64,000 nucleotides of DNA, taken from IMG/VR virus record IMGVR_UViG_3300033143_008750, positions 1-64,000 of that record; one strand, 5' to 3'. This document shows, in pieces, positions 7,941-17,664 of the stretch. The stretch's first letter is position 1. Every line of letters begins with the position of its first letter. The position numbers and the translations under genes are program-made. Under the pieces are notes generated by a model. That model was not told where the DNA came from. It was given only the letters and a program-made list of their open reading frames with translations, and did not search any database. The stretch is from a virus.

Positions 7941-8703
7941 TGTGCGTGAGACTATAAGCAATGGCAACATTGTGAATGCGGGGAATCCAACAATAACCGC
8001 GCCACCTCTTCGGAGAATGGTAACCCCACGCAAGCCGCGATTCAAACGGCTTCGCTAAGGCGGAGATACTTAGAACGCAAGGCAAAGGGACAGGTCATAC
8101 GCTGGGGCCAACGGTGAAGGCGGAGACTGGATGTTTAACAACATCTTACCTTTGTATGTCAAACTTGCTACTAAGGAGAATCAAATGGTAGTTGTTGTGT
8201 TCGAGTCTTAGCAGGCAAGGGCTATACAGCAGTTCGATAGTTAGCGGGAAATCCTACCGCGACTAGAAGAACAGTCGAAAGTATTCTTAGCCGAAGAAAC
8301 GACAGAAGGCGTGTTGCATTTTGTATTCCAAAAGAGTATGAAACAACAGGAGTAGCACATCTTCGTTGGTACACAATTAATAATGCTCAATGTGGGCATT
8401 TGTTTTAGGAACAAAATTTTGCAGGTTCAAGTCCTGCTATTAATTAAACGTAAAGACTGCTCCAATGTTAGACGGAAATGGCTTAATTCATCACTCTTCG
8501 GAGAATGGTGACTAACAGAAGCTCACAAGGTGGAAGTTAGTTTATGCAAATCTGCTATCGCCAGCGACTCATAAATCGGCAGCCATGTTGTTAGACTGTT
8601 TCGTAGCTTCGGCTTGGGGCAGTGGATAAGTTCTTAACCATCGGGGTTGTACCCAATGGGCAAGGGAGCGAAGGTAATAGCAGGTATGTGTAATCTCAGC
8701 ACA
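7941..8703 (+). ncRNA. GOLLD-like giant structured RNA (~760 nt)
   Basis: No credible + strand ORF; termini pair (TGTGC-G-TGAGA with TCTCA-GCACA); many GNRA/UUCG-capped hairpins; segments GTGTTGCATTTTG...AACAGGAGTAGCACATC, ACGTAAAGACTGC and 3' TAATCTCAGC match my recollection of GOLLD; TATAAATA late promoter at 7929-7936. Confidence 0.8.
8376..8445 (+). tRNA. Degenerate tRNA-like element embedded in the GOLLD-like RNA
   Basis: ATTAATA/TATTAAT acceptor, GCTC/GGGC D-stem, TTTGT/ACAAA anticodon stem with loop TT TAG GA, GCAGG-TTCAAGT-CCTGC T-arm; no U8, short D-loop, no CCA. Confidence 0.6.
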
Positions 8704-8729
8704 CCACTCTTTCTACAACGGACTATAAT

Positions 8730-9866
8730 GTGTTTTTAAACAAAATTTATATCATTTCATGGTTCGGGCAACGCACTGATCCTACTCTGCGTAACAAACG
8801 TAAAGAATTACATCTAAAACAAATTGAATGGTGTTGGTCACATGATCTTGACATCGTTGTATATGCACAAGACTACGATGAAAGTGATTACGTTGATGGC
8901 ATAACATACATCAAACACACAGGCGATGTAATTCCGCCAGGACACGCTCGCAATAAATTGCTTGAGCATTACTATCAAACAGACGACGATTTTGCTGTAT
9001 TCGCAGACAATGATTGTGTTCTCTATGAGCTACCTCAGCACAAAGATTCGATTGACTTCATTGAACGTCTACGCAAACTAGATATGAAAGACTTTGAATC
9101 AGTCGGCATCATAAGTCCTTTGAATCCCGCACGTACAGCATTCTCACAAGACATAGGCAAAGCAAGCTATGATGAGAATTATACCTTCAGACGATATGCG
9201 CGGGTCGGCGGCGGACTTCTGTTTATAAAGAACCTACAGAAACACGCGAACGAAAAGTTGTATTTCGATGAAGTGAATTTCGGTTACGTAGACGGTGAAC
9301 TAATCCCAGGAGAAGACAGCGACTTCGCATACACGCTCTGGAAAGCAGGACACGGAACGTATGCTACAAATCACGCAATCATGCATGAGTATGGCCGCAA
9401 AGCTTCAACGTGGATTGCTGATGATTCGAAACGATACGACAGATACATAGATATATTCGTGCCAATGATGAATGAGAAACACGGACATATATTGCTGTTA
9501 GGCGTTGGCTCTGGTGACTTAGATAAGGGGTACAGCTATTACGGAGTATCTACTCATGTGAACAGCGGAACGCGAGTACGCTTTGCCCGAGACGCAAAAG
9601 ACAGAACCAAAGTATTAACGTATCACGGCCACACAGGTATCGAGTTTCATCCTCTGCCTGAGCCAATGCAGATCACTGAAATGATTCCGATACTGGAAGC
9701 CAGTGACTTGTACAAGACAAACGCAGCATTCAAAAAAGGTGTTGATCGTATGACTGGCAAGGTAGCCAAGAGCGGAAGAGGCCATTCTCCGAAGCTAAAG
9801 ACATTCACAAATTGGTCAGTTCTTGACCCAAATAGCCTCCCTGAAAAAATCCAAATTAAGAAATAA
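8730..9866 (+). CDS. GT-A fold (family 2-like) glycosyltransferase with an extra C-terminal domain
   Basis: GHARNKLL, FADND (DxD) and GEDSDF motifs. Confidence 0.7.
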   Translation: MFLNKIYIISWFGQRTDPTLRNKRKELHLKQIEWCWSHDLDIVVYAQDYDESDYVDGITYIKHTGDVIPPGHARNKLLEHYYQTDDDFAVFADNDCVLYELPQHKDSIDFIERLRKLDMKDFESVGIISPLNPARTAFSQDIGKASYDENYTFRRYARVGGGLLFIKNLQKHANEKLYFDEVNFGYVDGELIPGEDSDFAYTLWKAGHGTYATNHAIMHEYGRKASTWIADDSKRYDRYIDIFVPMMNEKHGHILLLGVGSGDLDKGYSYYGVSTHVNSGTRVRFARDAKDRTKVLTYHGHTGIEFHPLPEPMQITEMIPILEASDLYKTNAAFKKGVDRMTGKVAKSGRGHSPKLKTFTNWSVLDPNSLPEKIQIKK

Positions 9867-9925
9867 ACAGGTTGACATTCTCTGAAAAGGTGTTAAGCTG
9901 TAAGTGAGAGATAGGAGAATACAAA

Positions 9926-10261
9926 ATGGCAATTTCCAAACAGACACGAAAACTCTTAAATGAACGTCTGCTTATGATCGACAAACTCCGCCACGAATTT
10001 GGCCGAGAATTTGGCGACCCCAATAACCCTGACAGTATTTGTGATAAGTGCGGTTTCCGCAAGGATCACAAACTTCATGGCGAACGCTGGAAAGTTCAGT
10101 GTTGGGAATCTGAGGCAGGCTGGGGAACATCCTCGATGGGCACAAGCTACTTCGATACGAAGGCCGCTGCGGACGCGTATGTCCTTGATTATAATAAGGA
10201 TAATACGGCAAAAGCGGTCCCTAGCTGCTATTTCTACGCAGATACGCCAGTTCAAGTATAA
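9926..10261 (+). CDS. Early hypothetical protein
   Basis: TTGACA promoter at 9872 and AGGAG RBS; WESEAGWG motif. Confidence 0.75.
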   Translation: MAISKQTRKLLNERLLMIDKLRHEFGREFGDPNNPDSICDKCGFRKDHKLHGERWKVQCWESEAGWGTSSMGTSYFDTKAAADAYVLDYNKDNTAKAVPSCYFYADTPVQV

Positions 10262-10264
10262 TCT

Positions 10265-10365
10265 TAAACCATTGATTCCTAAAGGAATTTAAGTGTTGAC
10301 GCCACTTGACATAGTGGAAAAGCTACTGTATAATTATACTTGAGAATTAGGAAAAGGCTAAATTA
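10265..10365 (+). promoter_or_regulatory. Early sigma70 promoter cassette with IHF-consensus site
   Basis: TAAACCATTGATT (10265-10277); TTGACA 10306, 17-nt spacer, TATAAT 10329; leader TTGAGAATTAGGAAAA. Confidence 0.8.
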
Positions 10366-10770
10366 ATGACTCACATTAATGACGTAATCGAAGCAGTAAA
10401 AACTGTCAAAGACTTTGTTAGCGACAGCCAGCTTGAAGCAATGGGCAATGGCGTCCGTGGTGAGGAAGGCGAATTCTTCAAGACTCTGTTTGTTAAACTT
10501 GCAGAGCGAATCAATAACATGCCAGTGACTTACAAAACTGATGGTCAGGGTGACGAGGCAATCGTTCACTTGCACTATTTCAGAGATAACATGGATTGGT
10601 ACATTACTGAGAAAGACGTAGGCGACGAGCAGATTCAAGCTTTCGGCCTTGCTGACCTCGGAATGGGATTTCCTGAGTTGGGTTACATCAGCATCGAGGA
10701 ACTCGTTGCAAACGGAATCGAACTCGACCTGTATTGGACTCCGAAGACGCTTGGTGAGGTAAAAGCATGA
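10366..10770 (+). CDS. DUF2958-like protein
   Basis: WYITEKD...AFGLADLGMGFPELGYISIEEL...ELDLYW.PKTL. Confidence 0.75.
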   Translation: MTHINDVIEAVKTVKDFVSDSQLEAMGNGVRGEEGEFFKTLFVKLAERINNMPVTYKTDGQGDEAIVHLHYFRDNMDWYITEKDVGDEQIQAFGLADLGMGFPELGYISIEELVANGIELDLYWTPKTLGEVKA

Positions 10771-11730
10771 GCCTCTATCACGCATCATTCAAAGGCCGAA
10801 AAGTCAACGCACATTTCAAGCCACTTCGTCGTATCGCTGTTGTGCTAGAATCAGACAGCATCTATGACGTTAAAGCAAAAGTGAATCAACAGTACGAATT
10901 CATTACTAGCTTGTGCGTCACTAATTGTGAAAGTATCGGCGCAGAATTATTCGAAGTAGCAGCATAATGCATCAACTTGAAGCAACAGCAACGTCTTATT
11001 GTTTTGAAATCTCAATTCCTGAGTTTGAAGCAATGGAGATGCGCGACGAGGAACGCTACGATGATGGTGAACAGAAACATCTTTTCGAAATCCTCGATTC
11101 GATGGACGGAGTCAATGATACTGAATATAACGGTCATTTCGGCTCATTTGTATATTTCACAGTTAACGCCGAACAGTGTAATGATGGCGAAACGCTCAGA
11201 TTGATCGGCGACATTATTCTCAGGTATGTTCGAGGCGAGGATTTAAGAATATGAGCCGTATGACTGACAAAGAAACCAACAGAGCAGCACTTCGATATTC
11301 GCTGACGCTGACAGCAGCAACCGCGTTAGTTATTAGCATGAATGTGTTTGCTGGTGTCAAGCTTGGTTACGATGTACGAAATTTAGAATGGTGGTTGATT
11401 AGCCCTGCGCTGACAATCTTAATCTGTTACATAGCAACAAAGTTGGCAATCAAATGACTCCAATAGAAGCAAAATTTGCGCGTGAAGCAAAAGCACATCC
11501 TACACGCTGGATTATTACGCCTAGCGGTCGCGGTACTTTTACGATAGTGCGAATCGCACCTGATCTGAGACCTCGTCCACAACTGAGGTTAGTAACATGA
11601 ATGAACAAGAGAAAGCACTCCGCGAAGCATTTGCGGCAGGAATGGTTGCGCGTGACGCTGGTGCAGAGTTTGACGAAGCTAATGATTGGTTCGATGCTTA
11701 CATCGAAGATGAAACTGAGAGGACAGTAAC

Positions 11731-12075
11731 ATGAATCACCCACTTGACAAATATGCGGAAGATTTGCTGAAAGCTGCCGCCGAAGGTCCAGAAGGAATGG
11801 AGAATTGGCTCAAGGATTTGCAGAAAGAAGTCGGCGCTCCCGACGGACCCGAACTTCCTGATTCAATCGAAATCGAGTACGAAGACGGTACGAAAAAAAC
11901 GTTTGAAGTGCCGACGTTTTATAGTTTCGACAATCCTGCTCCGCAAGAGGTGATCGACAGTTGGAGCGAGGACGAGGATGAGTACTTTGACGGCGACGGC
12001 AACCAAATTAAGCCTTTCGATCACCAAATTCCAATCGTTGATCCTGACTTGCCACACGACGAGGACGAAGAATGA
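11731..12075 (+). CDS. Highly acidic hypothetical protein
   Basis: Very D/E-rich 114 aa ORF with GAGG RBS. Confidence 0.7.
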   Translation: MNHPLDKYAEDLLKAAAEGPEGMENWLKDLQKEVGAPDGPELPDSIEIEYEDGTKKTFEVPTFYSFDNPAPQEVIDSWSEDEDEYFDGDGNQIKPFDHQIPIVDPDLPHDEDEE

Positions 12076-12224
12076 GCTACATCGAAATGATCGACTATGC
12101 ACTAGAAGAAGCCGCAGGCACAATGTGTTGGGCTTGGTTTAGGCTTATGTGTTTTTATTACTCAATTGTAGTGTATGGTGAATTTCACTATATGCTTCCT
12201 TGGGGATAAGGTCCAGGATTGATA

Positions 12225-12392
12225 ATGTTCATCACGAACCAAATTGAGTTTGATGCAGCAGCAGATCAACTTGAAGCATACTTGCTGATAAAAGATCCGA
12301 CTAATGAAGAATACGCACAATTTCAGGCTCTTGCAAGACACATGGAAATCTATGTAGAATCGCAGCCTACCGATCAAGAAACAATGCACTAA
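12225..12392 (+). CDS. HigA N-terminal-like helical protein (second example)
   Basis: Read by hand: MFITNQIEFDAAADQLEAYLLIKDPTNEEYAQFQALARHMEIYVES...; AGGA RBS. Confidence 0.45.
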   Translation: MFITNQIEFDAAADQLEAYLLIKDPTNEEYAQFQALARHMEIYVESQPTDQETMH

Positions 12393-12404
12393 GGAATTAG
12401 ACGA

Positions 12405-12785
12405 ATGAATAATTATGAAAGCAAAGACGTATATACTCGCAGACGCGATGATCGAATATACGGATTATTTGCGAGGGTGTTTATCAGTCAAGGCGACAGA
12501 ATTTTCAGCATCAATGATGGTAATTATCAAGTAGATCCTGACTTCCGAACTATCCAAACGTATCAAGGACACTTCATACATCCTGACGGCATGTTCACGA
12601 ATCACTCTTGCGATCCGTCTGCGGCGGTCGATGCTTCAATTGGCGTATTGTACGCTTTGCGAGACATAAATCCTGATGAAGAAATCACGTTTGACTATAA
12701 CGAAAGCGAGTCAGACATTCAATCCAACTTTGACTGTAGCTGTGGCGCAGAGAATTGTGTCGGCAGAATCGGAGAGGACAAATGA
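12405..12785 (+). CDS. SET-domain protein-lysine methyltransferase with post-SET zinc motif
   Basis: GLFA, NHSCDPS, RDINPDEEITFDY and CSCGAENC motifs. Confidence 0.92.
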   Translation: MNNYESKDVYTRRRDDRIYGLFARVFISQGDRIFSINDGNYQVDPDFRTIQTYQGHFIHPDGMFTNHSCDPSAAVDASIGVLYALRDINPDEEITFDYNESESDIQSNFDCSCGAENCVGRIGEDK

Positions 12786-13110
12786 GCATTAAAATACCTG
12801 AGAGTGTGGTTCTACGTACACAAAAAGAAGTGTACGAAATACACAACGAATATGCAGAATCTCGCCGTAAGGTCGAAGAGGCTGAGCGCGCACTTGAACA
12901 AGCAAAGAATGTACTCGAATTTAATAAAGGGAATTTTGTCGAAACTTGTAAATTTTTAGACGAAGTTTCACCGATGGATGCAAACGACGATTGGGATTGG
13001 GTGCAAGAAATCGACCCTAATTTCAGGAGAACAGAAAACGATTAAGTAATTCGTAACTAAAATCAACAGTTTTCAAGAATAACCTACTGAAATATAGTGG
13101 AATTTACTCC

Positions 13111-13139
13111 TTGACAATGCGGTAAAAAACACGTATAAT
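13111..13139 (+). promoter_or_regulatory. Consensus sigma70 promoter for the ligase operon
   Basis: TTGACA-17 nt-TATAAT. Confidence 0.85.
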
Positions 13140-13168
13140 ATACATACAAATTGAGAAAAGGCCCCAAA

Positions 13169-14500
13169 ATGATCTATCAAATTATCGAAGAAATCAAAGC
13201 CGATTCAAGCAAAAACGCTAAAATCGCAATCCTCACGAAACACAAGGATAACAAACTTTTGCAGCGCGTGATCGTTGCATGTTACAGTCCTTACATTCAG
13301 TACTACATTCGCAAAATCCCTTCTTATTCTGCTGCTAGTCGATCTAATCCAATTACGTTGGACAAAGCACTTGATTCGTTGAATGCGTTGACTACTCGCG
13401 CTGTCACTGGTCACGCAGCAATCGACTACTTAGTTGATCTCCTCGAACGTCTTAGTGCAGAAGAGGCATACATTTTGACGCGAATCATCTTGAAGTCGAT
13501 GGACGCTGGTTTCTCAGAATCTACAGCAAACAAAGTCTGGAAGAAACTTGTTCCGACTTATCCTTGTTTGCTTGCAAAAGGTTGTGACGAGAAAACAATC
13601 AAACGTATGTCTTGGCCTGCATTTAGTCAGTTGAAAGCTGACGGTATGCGAATCAACGTACATGCTACTGATACACAGACCAACATTAACATTAACTTGT
13701 GTGGTCGAAGTGGCAAAGCAGTCGATATACTCGGCGAACTTGACACAGATATGATTAAGTTAGCATCACACATTAATCATCCTGAAGGTGACTTTATGAT
13801 TGACGGCGAACTCATATTACTTGAGGATGACGGTTCAGTTATGGAGCGCAAGAAGGGCAACGGTAAGTTGAACAAAGCGATTCGCGGCAAGATGCCTGCG
13901 GACGAAGCAGCAAAAGTACGTATTCGCGTTTGGGACATTATCGGCGCAGAGTCATTCAAAAATGAAAAAGACGAAACTCCGTATAGCGAACGATTCGAAA
14001 TGCTCAAGCAAGCTGTCGAAGCGGCCGGCCCAGGTAAGTACGAATTAATCGAAACAATCGAAGTTGCCGACATTGGCGAAGCACAAGCACACTTCAAGCA
14101 AATGCTCAATCGTGGCGAAGAAGGTTCATTGCTGAAAAGCTTCGATCATGTTTGGGAAGACAAGCGGTCTTACGGTCTGCTCAAGATGAAAGCAATCAAA
14201 GACGCTGACCTCGAAGTTGTTGATTGGGTCGAAGGTACTGGCAAATACGAAGGTATGCTTGGTGCATTGGTCTGTCAGTCTTCGGACGGCAAGGTCGAGG
14301 TGAGTGTTGGTTCAGGTTTCTCAGATGCTCAACGTAGGAAGTTTACGCGCAAAGCGACTGTAGGTCGTGTTATCGAAATTCTGTACAACGAGCGCATTTC
14401 AAGTCGTGATCGTACAGATGTTGATAGCTTGTTTCTTCCGCGATTTGTAGAATTGCGTGAGGACAAGGACGTAGCTAACAGTTCAGCAGAGATTTCATAA
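13169..14500 (+). CDS. lig: ATP-dependent DNA ligase (T4 gp30-like)
   Basis: KADGMR adenylation motif; DGEL, EGSLLK, KMK, VGSGFSD and LFLPRF motifs. Confidence 0.96.
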   Translation: MIYQIIEEIKADSSKNAKIAILTKHKDNKLLQRVIVACYSPYIQYYIRKIPSYSAASRSNPITLDKALDSLNALTTRAVTGHAAIDYLVDLLERLSAEEAYILTRIILKSMDAGFSESTANKVWKKLVPTYPCLLAKGCDEKTIKRMSWPAFSQLKADGMRINVHATDTQTNININLCGRSGKAVDILGELDTDMIKLASHINHPEGDFMIDGELILLEDDGSVMERKKGNGKLNKAIRGKMPADEAAKVRIRVWDIIGAESFKNEKDETPYSERFEMLKQAVEAAGPGKYELIETIEVADIGEAQAHFKQMLNRGEEGSLLKSFDHVWEDKRSYGLLKMKAIKDADLEVVDWVEGTGKYEGMLGALVCQSSDGKVEVSVGSGFSDAQRRKFTRKATVGRVIEILYNERISSRDRTDVDSLFLPRFVELREDKDVANSSAEIS

Positions 14501-15488
14501 TGAGTGAAAGTGATTTTATCATTCATCACGTTGAAAAGTGTGACGGCAGGTGGCGCATATCATATGAGCGCCGCAGCGAATGGAAGCCTAAGACGGTATT
14601 TTTAGATGAACTGTTAGATGAACTTAATGTTAACAGTGAGGTGAAGTGATGAAATTCGCAATTATGTGGTTTGGCATTGGGACGTTTGTTGCAATTGTAA
14701 ACTTCACTCAGTGGTGCTTCGATGGCTGCTTGATTGGAGAAGGCCCTGAGGATCGGTTTTACTATCTCAGTGGCATGTTGCAGAACGTTTTCTTTGGATT
14801 TGTTTTTGGCCCGATTCTTCTGGTTATACAGATCACACAGGGCATGCCGATTCTTCCGCAGAAGCACACACTTGCTTCAAAAACTTCACGACGATCAGAA
14901 TGACTGAGATTTTTCTCTTAATTATCTTGCCATTCATTCTAGATGAGAATGACATAGTGTTTATTAGCCATCGAAAGCTGCGTAAGACAAAGCAAAAACT
15001 CTTACGTCGCAAAGCAGCAAGAGATTCAAAATGAAACTCTACCAAGAAACACGCTTACAAGCATTGATGATTTTATCTACTGCTATCGGTTTAGTTGCAG
15101 CATTAGTATTGCTAGCAGCTGGACTCATACAAAGTCACCTACCGTATTTGATTTATGCAGGTATTGATCTAATAATCGTGTTTATTGTTATCTCAATCGG
15201 TCATCGACGCGCCTTAGCAGTAATGGCTCGCGTGAAAAAGATTGGCGAAGGCAATGGCAATGCAGCAGATGACCTTGAATGGTTAAAGTCGAGGAAAAAA
15301 AGATGATTGCTGTTTTGTGTGCCATTTTGTGTCCTATGCTTGTAATTCTAGGCGTTGTTAGTATTAGCGGAGCGCCGAACATGACTTGGTATGAAAAAGC
15401 ATTTTCGCCGACAATGATTTACGCAGGATTGGCTTGCGGTTTATACGCAATATATTCACTTATTACATTTATTTTCTGAGGTAATACA

Positions 15489-15758
15489 ATGGATATTCAA
15501 TTTCTTGGTTGGTGCAAGAACGAAAAATCAGACAAAGTTTGGGGTATTGTGAAGAAAGACGATGGCCTCTACGTAACATTTTGGGGCCGGCGCGGTGCGA
15601 AGCTTCAAAAGAAATTGATCGAAATGGAATCTTATGATGCGAGTGCGCTGATCCGTTCAAAAGAGAAGAAAGGCTATCGTGAGGTTCAGAAGGACGACAT
15701 GGAAATGGTTCACGATTCGTTGCGTAAGCACGTTTTCAAAATCGGTTTGTCAATTTAG
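15489..15758 (+). CDS. WGR-domain-like protein
   Basis: SDKVWG...TFWGRRG...K.KKGY. Confidence 0.75.
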   Translation: MDIQFLGWCKNEKSDKVWGIVKKDDGLYVTFWGRRGAKLQKKLIEMESYDASALIRSKEKKGYREVQKDDMEMVHDSLRKHVFKIGLSI

Positions 15759-16247
15759 GAATTATCATGCCAAGAGAACCATATTCATACGAAATCGTTT
15801 CGGAGCCGTTACTCGGTTGGCCTACGATTAACCTTATATGCGACGATTTAACAATTCGCACTGTTACAATGCCAATTAATGTAACAGAGGATCTTGTTGC
15901 ATTACTCAACCAAGTGTACCAGAGAGGGTACTTAGAAGGACAAGCAGGGACATAATGAAAATTGGTGATACAATCTATTTTCTTTACGATTACATGCTTG
16001 AGCGTGGAACAGTAATTGGCATCGGCCCCGTAAACGTTCGTGTACAGTTCGGGTCGGGATACATAACTCGTCAAGTACACGCAAAATGCGCAATGCCTGA
16101 CGAGTCAATTGCAGTCGTTTGGGAATTGCACAAAGGTCGTAATGGCCGTGGCGGATACAGGCTGGAACGCGAATTGTATGCTAACGAACGTGTACCAGCG
16201 AAGGATTGGAAGTATCAAACATACGTATATGAAAAGGTAGCCCCGTA

Positions 16248-17354
16248 ATGGAAACATATTATCTCATATTACTTGTGCCAGTAATTATCGCACTGATCGC
16301 TCGCCTAAAGTTTAAAGTGTCGATCACATGGCCTGAGACGGCAGCGCAAATTGCTATAATGAGTTTAGTCTTATCAATAGTTTGGCTTGCAGGTAGTTGG
16401 AGTCAGACGCACGATACTGAAATTTGGAACGGTGAAATAACAAGTAAGCACAGAGACCATGATACATACGAACAAGCTTATGATTGCTTCTGCACTACTG
16501 ATAGTGACGGCTACGAATCTTGTTCAACTTGTTACGAAACTCATTATACAGTTGATTGGTATTTGAAAAGTACAATCGGCAATATTCGAATTGATTATAA
16601 AGACAGCACATGGAGAAGTGTCTACGATAAGCCTGATCCACAGAATTACAAAGATGCGTATGTCGGCGAAGCATGTTCGGACACTCGCGGCTACACGAAC
16701 TACATCAAAGCTGTGCCTGATAGTCTGTTCAACATGGAAGACGCGGTGTACGAACAATTTGATAGCCTGATTCCATCGTATCCAACTGTATATGGCAAGT
16801 ATCACGTAGATCATGTTATCACAATGGGAATGGGCAGCAATCTTGCAATACGAGATTGGAATGACTACTTAGCAGGAAAGTTGAGAAAACTCGGTCCCGC
16901 TAGTCAAGCAAACGTTATCGTTGTTATTGCAAATACAGCAGACCAGACATATCGCCACGCCCTTGAAACAGCGTGGGTTGGCGGTAAGAAAAATGATGTT
17001 ATTGTTATCGCTGGTGTAACGAACTATCCGCAGATTGATTGGGTGGACATAATTACACTCGGCCAAAACGCTGGCAACGGATTAATGACAGTCAAGATTC
17101 GTGACGATCTAATGGAACTCGGATCAGTTGAAAGCGGCCAAGCATTTATTGATGTAGTTGCGACGAATGTTGGACAGCACTTTGATCGCAAGCCGATGGC
17201 AGATTTTGAATACTTGAAAGACGATATACAACCTGCAACTTGGGTGTTAATAACGGCTTTCATTCTAGCGTTCTTTTTGAGCGCAGGTTTAACATGGGCA
17301 TTTCATGTTTATGATCCGTTCGGCAGTAATTATCGCCGTCGCCGATACTATTAA
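16248..17354 (+). CDS. Membrane-anchored protein with a large periplasmic (TPM-like) region
   Basis: Two N-terminal TM segments, WVGGKKNDVIV motif, C-terminal TM and Arg-rich tail. Confidence 0.75.
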   Translation: METYYLILLVPVIIALIARLKFKVSITWPETAAQIAIMSLVLSIVWLAGSWSQTHDTEIWNGEITSKHRDHDTYEQAYDCFCTTDSDGYESCSTCYETHYTVDWYLKSTIGNIRIDYKDSTWRSVYDKPDPQNYKDAYVGEACSDTRGYTNYIKAVPDSLFNMEDAVYEQFDSLIPSYPTVYGKYHVDHVITMGMGSNLAIRDWNDYLAGKLRKLGPASQANVIVVIANTADQTYRHALETAWVGGKKNDVIVIAGVTNYPQIDWVDIITLGQNAGNGLMTVKIRDDLMELGSVESGQAFIDVVATNVGQHFDRKPMADFEYLKDDIQPATWVLITAFILAFFLSAGLTWAFHVYDPFGSNYRRRRYY

Positions 17355-17370
17355 GTTAGTGGAGTAGAAA

Positions 17371-17637
17371 ATGAAAACATTTATGATTATGATTATGATT
17401 GTATTTGTATTGGGTGCATGTGCGCCAGCCTCACAGAAGACACTTGACCTTCGTGAAGAACGAGCATATGACCAGCAAGAACGTGAAATACAGTTCGACA
17501 AAGATACACAACGCTGTGACTTACAAACTCACATGATGGCAATTGATCGTCGGCTCGGCCATGCAACACGCAACCAAGTAGTTAGAAACGTGCCAGGTCG
17601 TGGTGACAAATGGTATTGTGTAAGACGCACACATTAA
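17371..17637 (+). CDS. Putative lipoprotein
   Basis: Signal peptide ending in the lipobox VLGAC. Confidence 0.6.
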   Translation: MKTFMIMIMIVFVLGACAPASQKTLDLREERAYDQQEREIQFDKDTQRCDLQTHMMAIDRRLGHATRNQVVRNVPGRGDKWYCVRRTH

Positions 17638-17664
17638 TAAGTAATTTTAAACAGGAGTAACAAA

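Noticed and set aside
8376-8445. A second functional tRNA-Leu
   Set aside because: It lacks U8, the D-loop GG, the long variable arm and CCA, so it is reported only as tRNA-like.
7941-8703. Group I/II intron interpretation of the large structured region next to a GIY-YIG gene
   Set aside because: The flanking genes are complete rather than split exons, I could not find P7 or domain V signatures, and the region has its own late promoter and paired ends.
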